From positions 78,841 through 142,840 of the forward strand of contig ONGJ01000002.1 of assembly GCA_900317375.1 (NCBI GenBank): a stretch of 64,000 nt of DNA, given 5' to 3'. This stretch comes from an uncultured Eubacteriales bacterium (GTDB lineage Bacteria; Bacillota; Clostridia; Oscillospirales; Oscillospiraceae). This document shows positions 63,809 through 64,000 of the stretch, in pieces. A program made the position numbers and the translations under genes. The notes under the pieces are model-generated. The model was given only the letters and a program-made list of their open reading frames with translations, searched no databases and had not been told where the DNA came from. Numbering within the stretch: position 1 is the first letter of the stretch; the number at the start of each line of letters is the position of its first letter.

Positions 63809-64000
63809 ATGAGCGAACTGAAGAAAAAGGGCCTTGTCTCCCTGAGTGATGACGATCTGGAAAGCGTGGCGGGCGGCTTCGGCGAAGGAGGCGTCATCTC
63901 CTCCGGAAGCTTCTCCTCCTACACGGGCACCGGGCTGGATATCGTTGTCAACTGGACTGTAGCGGCGGATATGGCCGGTCAGCATGAACTGCAGGCGGTT
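63809..64000 (+). CDS. partial CDS (5' end only): protein with a double-glycine (GG) type export leader
   Basis: ATG at 63809, 7 nt after AAGGAG. Open to the window end (64 codons): MSELKKKGLVSLSDDDLESVAGG/FGEGGVISSGSFSSYTGTGLDIVVNWTV... Absent from the supplied ORF track because no stop is reached. Confidence 0.6.
   Translation, partial: MSELKKKGLVSLSDDDLESVAGGFGEGGVISSGSFSSYTGTGLDIVVNWTVAADMAGQHELQAV

Overview
High-GC, densely coding chromosomal core segment of a Gram-positive anaerobe. Gene content and motifs look Clostridia/Oscillospiraceae-like, but the taxon is inference only. I call about 55 CDS and 2 tRNA genes, mostly on the minus strand and mostly housekeeping. They include tig-clpP-clpX, rnhB-yraN, lepB-rbgA, rqcH, ftsK-mrnC, uppP, rsmE, rodA, nfeD-SPFH-hexokinase, metG, hemW, htpG, ruvX, mscS and rpsF-ssb-rpsR. 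Also present are an AraR-linked sugar ABC transporter / pentulose kinase / araD operon, copA, tRNA-Arg(ACG) and an initiator-type tRNA-Met. I found no transposase, integrase, phage, CRISPR, restriction or recognisable defence genes, so this is not an obvious accessory island and I could not identify a multi-gene novel system. The observations worth a second look are: (1) a membrane protein combining an N-lobe-less, catalytically degenerate Ser/Thr-kinase remnant with an extracellular cysteine-free C-type lectin domain; (2) a signal-peptide protein with four tandem CPxC...CPYCG zinc-ribbon modules and an Asp/Tyr/Trp tail, next to a DUF3592-like membrane protein and a TlpA-like extracytoplasmic thioredoxin lipoprotein; (3) an orphan ~265-nt structured sRNA candidate with a near-consensus promoter and an intrinsic terminator; (4) a duplicated 57-nt block (tRNA-Arg 3' end plus its terminator) with compensatory changes; (5) an initiator tRNA with tandem U-U in the T stem; (6) a double-glycine-leader protein starting at the window edge. 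The many long ORFs antisense to real genes are GC-driven shadow ORFs and were rejected. All product calls rest on motif recognition by eye, since no database search was possible.
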